A stretch of DNA of 64,000 nucleotides from Escherichia coli (GTDB taxonomy: Bacteria; Pseudomonadota; Gammaproteobacteria; Enterobacterales; Enterobacteriaceae). The notes beneath the pieces are model-generated. The model had not been told where the DNA came from. It saw nothing but the letters and a program-made list of their open reading frames with translations, and ran no database searches. The stretch lies in the NCBI RefSeq assembly GCF_044324785.1, contig NZ_CP172127.1; one strand, written 5' to 3'. Shown here piece after piece: positions 11,783 through 23,472 of the stretch. The translations under genes and the position numbers were made by a program. The first letter of the stretch is position 1, and every line of letters starts with the position of its first letter.

Positions 11783-13186
11783 ATGAATCAACAGGATATT
11801 GAACAGGTGGTGAAAGCGGTACTGCTGAAAATGCAAAGCAGTGACACGCCGCCCGCCGCCGTTCATGAGATGGGCGTTTTCGCGTCCCTGGATGACGCCG
11901 TTGCGGCAGCCAAAATTGCCCAGCAAGGGTTAAAAAGCGTGGCAATGCGCCAGTTAGCCATTGCTGCCATTCGTGAGGCAGGCGAAAAACACGCCAGAGA
12001 TTTAGCGGAACTTGCCGTCAGTGAAACCGGCATGGGCCGCGTCGAAGATAAATTTGCCAAAAACGTCGCTCAGGCGCGCGGCACACCAGGCGTTGAGTGC
12101 CTCTCTCCGCAAGTGCTGACAGGCGACAACGGCCTGACTTTAATTGAAAACGCGCCCTGGGGCGTGGTGGCTTCGGTGACGCCTTCCACTAACCCGGCGG
12201 CAACCGTAATTAACAACGCCATCAGCCTGATTGCCGCGGGCAACAGCGTCATTTTTGCCCCGCATCCGGCGGCGAAAAAAGTCTCCCAGCGGGCGATTAC
12301 GCTGCTCAACCAGGCGATTGTTGCCGCAGGCGGGCCGGAAAACTTACTGGTTACTGTGGCCAATCCGGATATCGAAACCGCACAACGCTTGTTCAAGTTT
12401 CCGGGTATTGGCCTTTTGGTGGTGACCGGCGGCGAAGCGGTAGTAGAAGCGGCGCGTAAACACACCAATAAACGTCTGATTGCCGCAGGTGCCGGTAACC
12501 CGCCGGTAGTGGTGGATGAAACCGCCGACCTCGCCCGTGCCGCTCAGTCCATCGTTAAAGGTGCTTCTTTCGATAACAACATCATTTGTGCCGACGAAAA
12601 GGTACTGATTGTTGTTGATAGCGTAGCCGATGAACTGATGCGTCTGATGGAAGGCCAGCACGCGGTGAAACTGACCGCAGAGCAGGCGCAGCAGCTACAA
12701 CCGGTGTTGCTGAAAAATATCGACGAGCGCGGAAAAGGCACCGTCAGCCGTGACTGGGTTGGTCGCGATGCGGCGAAAATCGCGGCGGCAATCGGCCTTA
12801 AAGTTCCGGAACAAACGCGACTGCTGTTTGTGGAAACCACTGCAGAACATCCGTTTGCCGTGACTGAACTGATGATGCCGGTGCTGCCCGTCGTGCGCGT
12901 CGCCAACGTGGCGGATGCCATTGCGCTGGCGGTGAAACTGGAAGGCGGTTGCCACCACACGGCGGCAATGCACTCGCGCAATATCGAGAACATGAACCAG
13001 ATGGCGAATGCCATTGATACCAGCATTTTCGTTAAGAACGGACCGTGCATTGCCGGGCTGGGGCTGGGCGGGGAAGGCTGGACCACCATGACCATCACCA
13101 CGCCAACCGGTGAAGGGGTAACCAGCGCGCGGACGTTTGTCCGTCTGCGTCGCTGTGTATTAGTCGATGCGTTTCGCATTGTTTAA
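11783..13186 (+). CDS. eutE: CoA-acylating acetaldehyde dehydrogenase
   Basis: 467-aa aldehyde dehydrogenase family ORF at the expected operon position. Confidence 0.9.
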   Translation: MNQQDIEQVVKAVLLKMQSSDTPPAAVHEMGVFASLDDAVAAAKIAQQGLKSVAMRQLAIAAIREAGEKHARDLAELAVSETGMGRVEDKFAKNVAQARGTPGVECLSPQVLTGDNGLTLIENAPWGVVASVTPSTNPAATVINNAISLIAAGNSVIFAPHPAAKKVSQRAITLLNQAIVAAGGPENLLVTVANPDIETAQRLFKFPGIGLLVVTGGEAVVEAARKHTNKRLIAAGAGNPPVVVDETADLARAAQSIVKGASFDNNIICADEKVLIVVDSVADELMRLMEGQHAVKLTAEQAQQLQPVLLKNIDERGKGTVSRDWVGRDAAKIAAAIGLKVPEQTRLLFVETTAEHPFAVTELMMPVLPVVRVANVADAIALAVKLEGGCHHTAAMHSRNIENMNQMANAIDTSIFVKNGPCIAGLGLGGEGWTTMTITTPTGEGVTSARTFVRLRRCVLVDAFRIV

Positions 13187-13196
13187 GGAGTAACCG

Positions 13197-14033
13197 ATGG
13201 CGCACGACGAACAATGGCTCACCCCTCGACTGCAAACGGCGGCAACGCTGTGTAACCAGACGCCCGCCGCGACGGAATCTCCGCTGTGGCTGGGGGTGGA
13301 TCTGGGCACCTGCGATGTGGTGTCGATGGTTGTCGACTGCGACGGTCAGCCGGTGGCGGTATGTCTCGACTGGGCCGATGTGGTCCGCGACGGCATCGTC
13401 TGGGATTTCTTCGGTGCGGTCACCATTGTTCGTCGCCATCTCGACACCCTCGAGCAGCAATTCGGTCGCCGTTTTAGCCATGCGGCGACCTCTTTTCCTC
13501 CAGGTACGGATCCGCGTATTTCCATCAACGTGCTGGAGTCTGCCGGGCTGGAAGTGAGCCATGTGCTGGATGAGCCAACCGCAGTCGCGGATCTGCTGCA
13601 ACTGGACAACGCCGGTGTAGTGGATATCGGCGGCGGCACCACCGGCATTGCCATCGTGAAAAAGGGCAAGGTGACTTACTCGGCAGATGAAGCCACCGGC
13701 GGACATCATATCTCTCTGACTCTCGCCGGAAATCGCCGTATTTCGCTGGAAGAGGCGGAGCAGTACAAGCGCGGTCACGGTGAAGAGATTTGGCCTGCGG
13801 TGAAACCGGTGTACGAAAAAATGGCGGACATTGTCGCCCGGCATATTGAAGGGCAGGGCATTACTGATTTATGGCTGGCGGGCGGCTCTTGTATGCAACC
13901 GGGCGTGGCGGAACTGTTTCGCAAACAATTCCCGGCGTTACAGGTGCATTTACCGCAGCACAGTTTGTTTATGACCCCGCTGGCGATCGCCAGTAGCGGG
14001 CGAGAGAAAGCGGAGGGGCTATATGCAAAATGA
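13197..14033 (+). CDS. eutJ: ethanolamine utilisation chaperone-like protein (Hsp70/actin fold)
   Basis: 278 aa with DLGTCDVV and DIGGGTTGIAIV motifs. Confidence 0.85.
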   Translation: MAHDEQWLTPRLQTAATLCNQTPAATESPLWLGVDLGTCDVVSMVVDCDGQPVAVCLDWADVVRDGIVWDFFGAVTIVRRHLDTLEQQFGRRFSHAATSFPPGTDPRISINVLESAGLEVSHVLDEPTAVADLLQLDNAGVVDIGGGTTGIAIVKKGKVTYSADEATGGHHISLTLAGNRRISLEEAEQYKRGHGEEIWPAVKPVYEKMADIVARHIEGQGITDLWLAGGSCMQPGVAELFRKQFPALQVHLPQHSLFMTPLAIASSGREKAEGLYAK

Positions 14034-15210
14034 ATTGCAGACCGCGCTCTTTCAGGCGTTCGATACCCTGAATCTGCAACGGGTAAAAACATTTAGCGTT
14101 CCACCGGTGACGCTTTGCGGTCCGGGCGCGATGAGCAGTTGCGGGCAGCAAGCGCAAACGCGTGGGCTGAAACATCTGTTCGTGATGGCAGACAGCTTTT
14201 TGCATCAGGCGGGGATGACCGCCGGGCTGACGCGTAGCCTGGCCGTTAAAGGTATCGCCATGACGCTCTGGCCATGTCCGGTGGGCGAACCGTGCATCAC
14301 CGACGTGTGTGCAGCCGTGGCGCAGTTGCGTGAATCAGGTTGTGACGGGGTGATCGCGTTTGGCGGCGGCTCGGTGCTGGATGCGGCGAAAGCCGTGGCG
14401 TTGCTGGTGACAAACCCGGATAGCACGCTGGCAGAAATGTCAGAAACCAGCGTTCTGCAACCGCGCCTGCCGTTGATTGCCATTCCAACGACCGCCGGAA
14501 CCGGCTCTGAAACCACCAACGTAACGGTGATTATCGACGCGGTGAGCGAGCGCAAGCAGGTGTTAGCCCATGCCTCGCTGATGCCGGATGTGGCGATTCT
14601 TGACGCCGCATTGACCGAAGGTGTGCCGTCGCATGTCACGGCGATGACCGGTATCGACGCGTTAACTCATGCCATTGAAGCGTACAGCGCGCTGAACGCC
14701 ACACCGTTTACCGACAGTCTGGCGATTGGCGCTATTGCGATGATTGGCAAATCGCTGCCGAAAGCGGTGGGCTACGGTCACGACCTTGCCGCGCGCGAGA
14801 GCATGTTGCTGGCTTCATGTATGGCGGGAATGGCGTTTTCCAGTGCGGGGCTTGGGTTATGCCACGCGATGGCGCATCAGCCGGGGGCGGCGCTGCATAT
14901 TCCGCACGGTCTGGCGAACGCCATGCTACTGCCAACGGTGATGGAGTTTAACCGGATGGTCTGTCGTGATCGGTTTAGTCAGATTGGTCGGGCGCTGACA
15001 AACAAGAAAACTGACGAGCGCGAGGTAATTAGCGTGATAAGCGAGCTGATTGCGGAAGTTGGGATCAACAAGCGGCTGGCTGATGTGGGCGCAACCACCG
15101 GACATTACCGCGCATGGGCGCAGGCCGCGATGGAAGATATTTGTCTGCGCAGCAACCCGCGTACCGCCAGCCTGGAGCAGATTATTGGTCTGTATGCTGC
15201 GGCGCAATAA
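14023..15210 (+). CDS. eutG: iron-containing alcohol dehydrogenase of the eut pathway
   Basis: 395 aa, Fe-ADH family (GGGSVLDAAKAVA motif); overlaps the eutJ end. Confidence 0.85.
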   Translation: MQNELQTALFQAFDTLNLQRVKTFSVPPVTLCGPGAMSSCGQQAQTRGLKHLFVMADSFLHQAGMTAGLTRSLAVKGIAMTLWPCPVGEPCITDVCAAVAQLRESGCDGVIAFGGGSVLDAAKAVALLVTNPDSTLAEMSETSVLQPRLPLIAIPTTAGTGSETTNVTVIIDAVSERKQVLAHASLMPDVAILDAALTEGVPSHVTAMTGIDALTHAIEAYSALNATPFTDSLAIGAIAMIGKSLPKAVGYGHDLAARESMLLASCMAGMAFSSAGLGLCHAMAHQPGAALHIPHGLANAMLLPTVMEFNRMVCRDRFSQIGRALTNKKTDEREVISVISELIAEVGINKRLADVGATTGHYRAWAQAAMEDICLRSNPRTASLEQIIGLYAAAQ

Positions 15211-15216
15211 AAGTGT

Positions 15217-15328
15217 ACGGACAGTCCCCTCGCCCCTTTGGGGAGAGGGTTAGGGTGAGGGGAACAGAGTCGCGCCGGTGCAAACAATTACCCTCACCCC
15301 GGCCCCTCGGCTTCCAGAGTGAGGGAAA
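15217..15328. repeat. GC-rich imperfect-palindromic intergenic repeat (boxC-like), copy 2, with an extended inverted arm
   Basis: acggacagtcccctcgcccctttggggagagggttagggtgaggggaaca, then ccctcaccccggcccctcgg...gagtgaggg; sits in the 169-bp eutG-eutH gap inside the operon. Confidence 0.5.
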
Positions 15329-15379
15329 AACCCACTTTCAGCATTGGCAATAAATAACAACTAACAGGGAGTAAAGGTG

Positions 15380-16606
15380 ATGGGAATTAACGAAATCATC
15401 ATGTACATCATGATGTTCTTTATGCTGATAGCTGCCGTAGACAGGATCCTGTCGCAGTTCGGTGGTTCTGCTCGTTTCCTCGGTAAGTTCGGTAAAAGTA
15501 TCGAAGGATCAGGCGGTCAGTTCGAAGAAGGCTTTATGGCAATGGGCGCACTGGGCCTGGCGATGGTTGGTATGACCGCGCTGGCACCGGTACTGGCCCA
15601 CGTACTCGGGCCGGTGATTATCCCGGTTTACGAAATGCTCGGCGCAAACCCGTCAATGTTCGCCGGAACACTGCTGGCGTGCGATATGGGCGGCTTCTTC
15701 CTCGCCAAAGAGCTGGCGGGCGGCGACGTAGCAGCGTGGCTATACTCTGGGTTAATTCTCGGGTCGATGATGGGGCCAACGATTGTGTTTTCCATTCCGG
15801 TGGCGCTCGGCATTATCGAACCTTCTGACCGTCGTTATCTGGCGCTCGGCGTGCTGGCGGGCATTGTGACCATTCCAATTGGTTGTATCGCCGGTGGCCT
15901 GGTGGCTATGTACTCCGGTGTACAGATCAACGGCCAGCCGGTGGAATTCACCTTTGCGCTTATCCTGATGAACATGATCCCGGTACTTATCGTCGCGGTA
16001 CTGGTGGCGCTGGGGCTGAAATTCATCCCGGAAAAAATGATCAACGGCTTCCAGATCTTCGCCAAATTCCTCGTTGCATTGATCACCCTCGGTCTTGCTG
16101 CCGCGGTAGTGAAATTCCTGCTTGGCTGGGAACTGATCCCCGGTCTGGATCCTATCTTTATGGCCCCTGGCGATAAACCCGGTGAAGTGATGCGCGCCAT
16201 TGAAGTTATCGGTTCTATCTCCTGCGTTCTGTTAGGGGCGTACCCGATGGTACTGCTGCTGACTCGCTGGTTTGAAAAACCGCTGATGAGCGTCGGTAAG
16301 GTGCTGAATATGAACAATATCGCGGCAGCTGGCATGGTGGCAACGCTTGCCAACAACATCCCAATGTTTGGCATGATGAAGCTGATGGATACCCGCGGCA
16401 AAGTCATCAACTGCGCCTTCGCCGTTTCCGCTGCTTTCGCCCTGGGTGACCACTTAGGCTTCGCCGCTGCCAACATGAACGCCATGATTTTCCCGATGAT
16501 TGTCGGCAAATTGATCGGCGGCGTAACGGCGATTGGCGTGGCGATGATGCTGGTGCCAAAAGAAGACGCGACCGCGGCTAAAACCGAAGCGGAGGCACAA
16601 TCGTGA
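15380..16606 (+). CDS. eutH: ethanolamine permease/facilitator
   Basis: 408-aa polytopic membrane protein MGINEIIMYIMMFFMLIAAVDRIL... Confidence 0.85.
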   Translation: MGINEIIMYIMMFFMLIAAVDRILSQFGGSARFLGKFGKSIEGSGGQFEEGFMAMGALGLAMVGMTALAPVLAHVLGPVIIPVYEMLGANPSMFAGTLLACDMGGFFLAKELAGGDVAAWLYSGLILGSMMGPTIVFSIPVALGIIEPSDRRYLALGVLAGIVTIPIGCIAGGLVAMYSGVQINGQPVEFTFALILMNMIPVLIVAVLVALGLKFIPEKMINGFQIFAKFLVALITLGLAAAVVKFLLGWELIPGLDPIFMAPGDKPGEVMRAIEVIGSISCVLLGAYPMVLLLTRWFEKPLMSVGKVLNMNNIAAAGMVATLANNIPMFGMMKLMDTRGKVINCAFAVSAAFALGDHLGFAAANMNAMIFPMIVGKLIGGVTAIGVAMMLVPKEDATAAKTEAEAQS

Positions 16607-18006
16607 ACACTCGCCAGCTACTGAGCGTCGGTATCGATATCGGCACCACCACCACCCAGGTGATCTTCTCCCACCTGGAACTGGTTAACCGTGCGGCGGT
16701 GTCGCAGGTGCCGCGCTACGAATTCATCAAACGCGAAATTAGCTGGCAAAGCCCGGTGTTCTTTACCCCTGTCGATAAACAGGGTGGTTTAAAAGAAGCG
16801 GAACTGAAATCGCTGATTTTAGAGCAATATCAGGCTGCGGGCATTGCGCCGGAAAGCGTTGATTCTGGTGCCATCATCATCACCGGTGAAAGCGCGAAAA
16901 CCCGCAACGCTCGCCCGGCGGTGATGACGCTCTCCCAGTCGCTGGGCGATTTTGTCGTCGCCAGCGCCGGGCCGCATCTCGAATCCGTGATCGCCGGTCA
17001 CGGTGCCGGGGCGCAAACCCTTTCTGAACAACGGCTGTGTCGGGTACTGAATATCGACATCGGCGGTGGCACCGCGAACTACGCCCTGTTCGATGCCGGA
17101 AAAATCAGCGGCACTGCCTGCCTCAACGTTGGCGGTCGCCTGCTGGAAACCGACAGCCAGGGGCGCGTGGTTTACGCTCATATACCGGGGCAGATGATTG
17201 TGGATGAGTGCTTCGGTGCAGGCACTGACGCCCGTTCGCTGACCGGCACGCAGTTGGTGCAGGTTACCCGGCGGATGGCAGAACTGATTGTCGAAGTGAT
17301 TGACGGAACGCTCTCGCCGCTCGCGCAGGCATTGATGCAAACCGGTTTGTTGCCCGCAGGTGTTACGCCCGAAATCATTACGCTTTCTGGCGGCGTGGGC
17401 GAATGTTATCGCCACCAGCCCGCCGACCCGTTCTGTTTTGCCGATATCGGCCCGCTTCTGGCAACGGCGCTGCATGACCATCAGCGCCTGCGTGAGATGA
17501 ACGTGCAGTTTCCAGCGCAAACCGTGCGCGCCACGGTGATTGGCGCGGGCGCACATACCCTTTCGCTCTCTGGCAGCACAATCTGGCTGGAGGGCGTACA
17601 ACTGCCGCTGCGCAATTTGCCGGTGGCGATCCCAATTGATGAAACGGATCTGGTGAGTGCCTGGCAACAGGCGCTGATTCAGCTGGATCTTTGCCCCAAA
17701 ACTGACGCGTACGTGCTGGCGCTTCCCGCCTCGCTGCCTGTGCGTTACGCCGCGGTACTGACGGTCATCAACGCGCTGGTCGATTTCGTCGCGCGTTTTC
17801 CGAATCCGCATCCCCTGCTGGTGGTGGCCGGGCAGGACTTTGGTAAAGCTCTGGGCATGTTGTTGCGCCCACAGCTACAACAACTCCCGTTGGCAGTCAT
17901 TGACGAAGTGATTGTCCGCGCGGGGGACTATATCGACATTGGTACGCCTCTTTTTGGCGGATCGGTTGTGCCGGTGACGGTGAAATCACTCGCATTTCCT
18001 TCCTGA
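16603..18006 (+). CDS. eutA: ethanolamine ammonia-lyase reactivase
   Basis: 467-aa ORF with GTG start overlapping the eutH stop; operon position. Confidence 0.85.
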   Translation: MNTRQLLSVGIDIGTTTTQVIFSHLELVNRAAVSQVPRYEFIKREISWQSPVFFTPVDKQGGLKEAELKSLILEQYQAAGIAPESVDSGAIIITGESAKTRNARPAVMTLSQSLGDFVVASAGPHLESVIAGHGAGAQTLSEQRLCRVLNIDIGGGTANYALFDAGKISGTACLNVGGRLLETDSQGRVVYAHIPGQMIVDECFGAGTDARSLTGTQLVQVTRRMAELIVEVIDGTLSPLAQALMQTGLLPAGVTPEIITLSGGVGECYRHQPADPFCFADIGPLLATALHDHQRLREMNVQFPAQTVRATVIGAGAHTLSLSGSTIWLEGVQLPLRNLPVAIPIDETDLVSAWQQALIQLDLCPKTDAYVLALPASLPVRYAAVLTVINALVDFVARFPNPHPLLVVAGQDFGKALGMLLRPQLQQLPLAVIDEVIVRAGDYIDIGTPLFGGSVVPVTVKSLAFPS

Positions 18007-18017
18007 GGGAACGACTT

Positions 18018-19379
18018 ATGAAACTAAAGACCACATTGTTCGGCAATGTATATCAGTTTAAGGATGTAAAAGAGGTGCTGGCTAAAGCCAACGAACTGCG
18101 TTCGGGGGATGTGCTGGCGGGCGTTGCAGCGGCAAGCTCACAAGAGCGCGTGGCGGCAAAGCAGGTGTTGTCGGAAATGACCGTAGCGGACATCCGCAAT
18201 AATCCGGTGATTGCCTATGAAGATGACTGCGTGACGCGGCTGATTCAGGACGACGTTAACGAAACGGCCTACAACCAGATTAAAAACTGGAGCATCAGCG
18301 AACTGCGTGAGTATGTGCTGAGCGATGAAACCAGCGTGGACGACATTGCCTTTACCCGCAAAGGGCTGACCTCGGAAGTGGTCGCGGCGGTAGCGAAGAT
18401 TTGCTCCAACGCGGACCTGATCTACGGCGCGAAGAAAATGCCGGTAATCAAAAAGGCCAATACCACCATCGGTATTCCGGGCACCTTTAGCGCCCGTTTG
18501 CAGCCAAATGACACCCGTGACGACGTGCAAAGTATCGCCGCGCAAATCTACGAAGGGCTTTCCTTCGGGGTGGGCGATGCGGTGATCGGCGTTAACCCGG
18601 TGACTGACGATGTGGAAAACTTAAGCCGCGTGTTGGACACCATTTACGGCGTGATCGACAAATTCAACATTCCGACCCAGGGCTGCGTGCTGGCGCACGT
18701 CACCACCCAGATTGAAGCGATCCGTCGTGGCGCACCAGGCGGGCTGATTTTCCAGAGTATCTGCGGCAGCGAAAAAGGGCTGAAAGAATTTGGCGTGGAG
18801 CTGGCGATGCTCGATGAAGCACGCGCAGTGGGCGCGGAGTTCAACCGTATCGCCGGGGAAAACTGCCTCTACTTCGAAACCGGACAAGGCTCTGCGCTGT
18901 CCGCTGGCGCTAACTTCGGCGCAGACCAGGTGACGATGGAAGCACGTAACTATGGGCTGGCGCGTCATTACGATCCGTTTATCGTCAACACCGTGGTCGG
19001 CTTTATTGGGCCGGAGTATCTCTACAACGACCGCCAGATTATCCGTGCGGGCTTAGAAGATCACTTTATGGGTAAGCTGAGCGGCATCTCTATGGGCTGT
19101 GACTGCTGCTACACCAACCACGCTGACGCTGACCAGAACCTCAACGAAAACCTCATGATCCTGCTCGCCACCGCAGGCTGCAACTACATCATGGGGATGC
19201 CGCTGGGTGATGACATCATGCTCAACTACCAGACCACCGCCTTCCACGATACTGCCACTGTGCGTCAGTTACTCAACCTGCGCCCGTCACCGGAGTTTGA
19301 ACGCTGGCTGGAAAGCATGGGCATTATGGCAAACGGTCGCCTGACCAAACGGGCGGGCGATCCGTCACTGTTCTTCTGA
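18018..19379 (+). CDS. eutB: ethanolamine ammonia-lyase large subunit
   Basis: 453 aa MKLKTTLFGNVYQFKDVKEVLAKANELRSGD... Confidence 0.9.
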   Translation: MKLKTTLFGNVYQFKDVKEVLAKANELRSGDVLAGVAAASSQERVAAKQVLSEMTVADIRNNPVIAYEDDCVTRLIQDDVNETAYNQIKNWSISELREYVLSDETSVDDIAFTRKGLTSEVVAAVAKICSNADLIYGAKKMPVIKKANTTIGIPGTFSARLQPNDTRDDVQSIAAQIYEGLSFGVGDAVIGVNPVTDDVENLSRVLDTIYGVIDKFNIPTQGCVLAHVTTQIEAIRRGAPGGLIFQSICGSEKGLKEFGVELAMLDEARAVGAEFNRIAGENCLYFETGQGSALSAGANFGADQVTMEARNYGLARHYDPFIVNTVVGFIGPEYLYNDRQIIRAGLEDHFMGKLSGISMGCDCCYTNHADADQNLNENLMILLATAGCNYIMGMPLGDDIMLNYQTTAFHDTATVRQLLNLRPSPEFERWLESMGIMANGRLTKRAGDPSLFF

Positions 19380-19399
19380 TGACGCGGAGATAACACATC

Positions 19400-20284
19400 A
19401 TGGATCAAAAACAGATTGAAGAAATTGTACGCAGCGTGATGGCGTCAATGGGACAAGCGGCCCCCGCGCCGTCAGAAGCAAAGTGCGCCACCACCTATGC
19501 GGCACCGGTGACCTCGGAAAGCTGCGCGCTGGATTTAGGCTCTGCGGAAGCAAAAGCGTGGATTGGCGTTGAAAACCCGCATCGCGCAGACGTATTAACA
19601 GAACTGCGTCGCAGCACCGTGGCCCGCGTTTGTACCGGTCGTGCCGGTCCGCGTCCGCGTACCCAGGCGTTGCTGCGTTTCCTGGCCGATCACTCTCGTT
19701 CGAAAGATACCGTACTGAAAGAAGTGCCGGAAGAGTGGGTGAAAGCGCAGGGCTTGCTGGAAGTCCGCTCTGAAATTAGCGACAAAAATCTCTACCTGAC
19801 TCGTCCGGATATGGGCCGCCGCCTGTGTGCAGAAGCTGTTGAAGCGCTGAAAGCACAGTGTGTTGCTAATCCGGACGTGCAGGTCGTTATTTCTGATGGC
19901 CTGTCAACTGATGCGATCACCGTGAACTACGAAGAGATCCTGCCGCCGCTGATGGCGGGCCTGAAACAGGCCGGGCTGAAAGTCGGTACACCATTCTTTG
20001 TTCGTTATGGTCGCGTGAAGATTGAAGATCAGATCGGTGAGATCCTCGGCGCGAAAGTGGTGATCCTGCTGGTGGGGGAACGCCCGGGATTAGGGCAGTC
20101 AGAAAGCCTCTCCTGCTACGCCGTTTACTCGCCGCGTATGGCAACCACCGTTGAGGCCGATCGCACCTGCATCTCTAACATTCACCAGGGCGGCACGCCG
20201 CCGGTTGAAGCCGCAGCCGTCATTGTGGATTTGGCGAAACGTATGCTGGAGCAGAAAGCATCCGGCATCAACATGACCCGATAA
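19400..20284 (+). CDS. eutC: ethanolamine ammonia-lyase small subunit
   Basis: 294 aa [18 protein letters not shown]...; follows eutB. Confidence 0.9.
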   Translation: MDQKQIEEIVRSVMASMGQAAPAPSEAKCATTYAAPVTSESCALDLGSAEAKAWIGVENPHRADVLTELRRSTVARVCTGRAGPRPRTQALLRFLADHSRSKDTVLKEVPEEWVKAQGLLEVRSEISDKNLYLTRPDMGRRLCAEAVEALKAQCVANPDVQVVISDGLSTDAITVNYEEILPPLMAGLKQAGLKVGTPFFVRYGRVKIEDQIGEILGAKVVILLVGERPGLGQSESLSCYAVYSPRMATTVEADRTCISNIHQGGTPPVEAAAVIVDLAKRMLEQKASGINMTR

Positions 20285-20293
20285 GGAGGCATC

Positions 20294-20953
20294 ATGCCAG
20301 CTTTAGATTTGATTCGACCGTCGGTAACCGCCATGCGGGTGATTGCCTCCGTTAACGCCGAATTTGCGCGTGAACTGAAATTGCCGCCGCATATTCGTAG
20401 CCTCGGGCTGATTTCTGCTGATTCCGATGACGTCACCTACATTGCGGCTGACGAAGCGACCAAGCAGGCGATGGTGGAAGTGGTGTATGGACGCTCGCTG
20501 TATGCGGGAGCCGCACACGGCCCGTCACCGACTGCCGGTGAAGTGCTGATTATGCTTGGTGGGCCAAACCCGGCGGAAGTGCGTGCTGGTCTGGATGCGA
20601 TGGTTGCGCATATTGAAAATGGCGCGGCTTTCCAGTGGGCTAATGACGCAGAAAACACAGCCTTCCTGGCACATGTAGTTTCGCGTACCGGTTCTTATCT
20701 CTCATCAACCGCCGGGATCACGCTTGGCGATCCGATGGCGTATCTGGTGGCACCGCCGCTGGAAGCGACCTATGGCATTGATGCAGCCCTGAAATCTGCC
20801 GACGTGCAACTGGTGACCTACGTACCGCCGCCGTCTGAAACCAACTACTCGGCAGCATTTTTAACCGGTAGCCAGGCCGCGTGTAAAGCAGCCTGTAACG
20901 CCTTTACCGATGCAGTGCTGGAAATCGCGCGTAATCCAATCCAGCGTGCGTAA
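20294..20953 (+). CDS. eutL: BMC-T tandem-domain microcompartment shell protein
   Basis: 219 aa [57 protein letters not shown]... Confidence 0.9.
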   Translation: MPALDLIRPSVTAMRVIASVNAEFARELKLPPHIRSLGLISADSDDVTYIAADEATKQAMVEVVYGRSLYAGAAHGPSPTAGEVLIMLGGPNPAEVRAGLDAMVAHIENGAAFQWANDAENTAFLAHVVSRTGSYLSSTAGITLGDPMAYLVAPPLEATYGIDAALKSADVQLVTYVPPPSETNYSAAFLTGSQAACKAACNAFTDAVLEIARNPIQRA

Positions 20954-20965
20954 CGGAGGTTGCCG

Positions 20966-21466
20966 ATGATCAATGCACTGGGATTGCTGGAAGTGGACGG
21001 CATGGTCGCCGCGATAGATGCTGCGGATGCCATGCTCAAAGCAGCTAACGTTCGTCTGCTCAGTCACGAAGTGCTTGACCCTGGTCGCCTAACGCTGGTG
21101 GTGGAAGGCGATCTGGCGGCGTGTCGTGCGGCGCTGGACGCAGGTTGTGCTGCCGCGATGCGTACCGGGCGTGTCATCAGCCGTAAGGAGATCGGTCGGC
21201 CAGACGATGACACCCAGTGGCTGGTTACTGGCTTTAACCGCCAGCCGAAGCAACCCGTAAAGGAACCCGACGCGCCAGTTATCGTCGCGGAATCTGCTGA
21301 CGAGTTGTTGGCGCTGTTAACATCAGTACGTCAGGGAATGACGGCAGGAGAAGTGGCTGCCCACTTTGGCTGGCCGCTGGAAAAAGCCAGAAATGCGCTC
21401 GAACAGCTCTTTTCTGCCGGGACGTTACGTAAACGCAGTAGTCGTTATCGTCTCAAGCCCCATTAA
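20966..21466 (+). CDS. eutK: BMC-H shell protein with C-terminal extension
   Basis: 166 aa from ATG at 20966 (MINALGLLEVDGMVAAIDAADAMLKAANV...), GGAGG 7 nt upstream; track ORF starts 6 nt earlier at a TTG. Confidence 0.85.
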   Translation: MINALGLLEVDGMVAAIDAADAMLKAANVRLLSHEVLDPGRLTLVVEGDLAACRAALDAGCAAAMRTGRVISRKEIGRPDDDTQWLVTGFNRQPKQPVKEPDAPVIVAESADELLALLTSVRQGMTAGEVAAHFGWPLEKARNALEQLFSAGTLRKRSSRYRLKPH

Positions 21467-21511
21467 CCTGTCGGAGGTGCCGGGTGTCCTACAACACCCG
21501 GCATTAACATC

Positions 21512-22564
21512 ATGAAAAAGACCCGTACAGCCAATTTGCACCATCTTTATCATGAACCCTTACCCGAAAACCTGAAGCTCACGCCGAAGGTCGAAGTGGA
21601 TAATGTTCATCAACGACAGACAACGGATGTCTATGAACATGCTTTGACAATTACCGCCTGGCAGCAGATTTACGATCAGCTGCATCCGGGCAAGTTTCAT
21701 GGTGAATTTACGGAAATTCTACTCGATGATATTCAGGTTTTTCGTGAATACACCGGTCTGGCGCTGCGTCAGTCGTGCCTGGTCTGGCCGAACTCGTTCT
21801 GGTTTGGCATTCCGGCGACGCGCGGTGAGCAGGGATTTATCGGTTCGCAATGTCTGGGAAGTGCAGAAATAGCCACGCGGCCTGGCGGCACTGAGTTTGA
21901 ATTGAGTACGCCGGACGATTACACCATCCTTGGCGTGGTGCTTTCTGAAGATGTCATTACCCGGCAGGCTAACTTTTTGCATAACCCGGAGCGGGTGTTG
22001 CATATGTTGCGTCACCAGTCGGCGCTGGAAGTGAAAGAGCAGCATAAAGCCGCGCTGTGGGGCTTTGTCCAACAGGCGCTGGCGACGTTTTGCGAGAACC
22101 CGGAAAATCTCCATCAGCCTGCAGTGCGAAAAGTGTTGGGGGATAATTTGCTCATGGCGATGGGGGCGATGCTGGAAGAAGCGCAACCAATGGTGACGGC
22201 GGAAAGCATCAGTCATCAGAGTTACCGTAGATTACTTTCCCGCGCCCGTGAATATGTGCTGGAAAATATGTCTGAGCCGGTGACGGTGCTGGACTTGTGT
22301 AATCAACTGCATGTCAGTCGCCGCACGCTACAAAACGCGTTTCACGCTATTTTAGGCATTGGCCCGAACGCGTGGCTGAAACGCATTCGCCTGAACGCCG
22401 TACGCCGCGAACTGATAAGCCCGTGGTCGCAAAGCACAACGGTAAAAGACGCCGCCATGCAGTGGGGATTCTGGCATCTGGGGCAATTCGCCACGGATTA
22501 CCAGCAGCTGTTTGCCGAGAAGCCGTCACTGACGCTGCATCAGCGGATGCGGGAATGGGGGTGA
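21512..22564 (+). CDS. eutR: AraC-family transcriptional activator of the eut operon
   Basis: 350 aa, C-terminal AraC-type HTH; last gene of the operon. Confidence 0.85.
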   Translation: MKKTRTANLHHLYHEPLPENLKLTPKVEVDNVHQRQTTDVYEHALTITAWQQIYDQLHPGKFHGEFTEILLDDIQVFREYTGLALRQSCLVWPNSFWFGIPATRGEQGFIGSQCLGSAEIATRPGGTEFELSTPDDYTILGVVLSEDVITRQANFLHNPERVLHMLRHQSALEVKEQHKAALWGFVQQALATFCENPENLHQPAVRKVLGDNLLMAMGAMLEEAQPMVTAESISHQSYRRLLSRAREYVLENMSEPVTVLDLCNQLHVSRRTLQNAFHAILGIGPNAWLKRIRLNAVRRELISPWSQSTTVKDAAMQWGFWHLGQFATDYQQLFAEKPSLTLHQRMREWG

Positions 22565-22569
22565 GGGAG

Positions 22570-23472
<903 letters not shown>

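Noticed and set aside
12544-13844. 211-aa and 249-aa ORFs antisense to eutE and eutJ
   Set aside because: Same reasoning: embedded in strongly supported sense genes in GC-rich sequence.
16819-17811. 330-aa ORF antisense to eutA
   Set aside because: Lies entirely inside the eutA coding region on the opposite strand in GC-rich DNA; its Arg/Gly/Ala-rich composition is typical of spurious antisense frames.
7729-22564. Large microcompartment gene cluster considered as a possible novel system
   Set aside because: Gene content, order and translated proteins match the canonical eutSPQTDMNEJGHABCLKR operon; no extra or unexplained genes are embedded in it.
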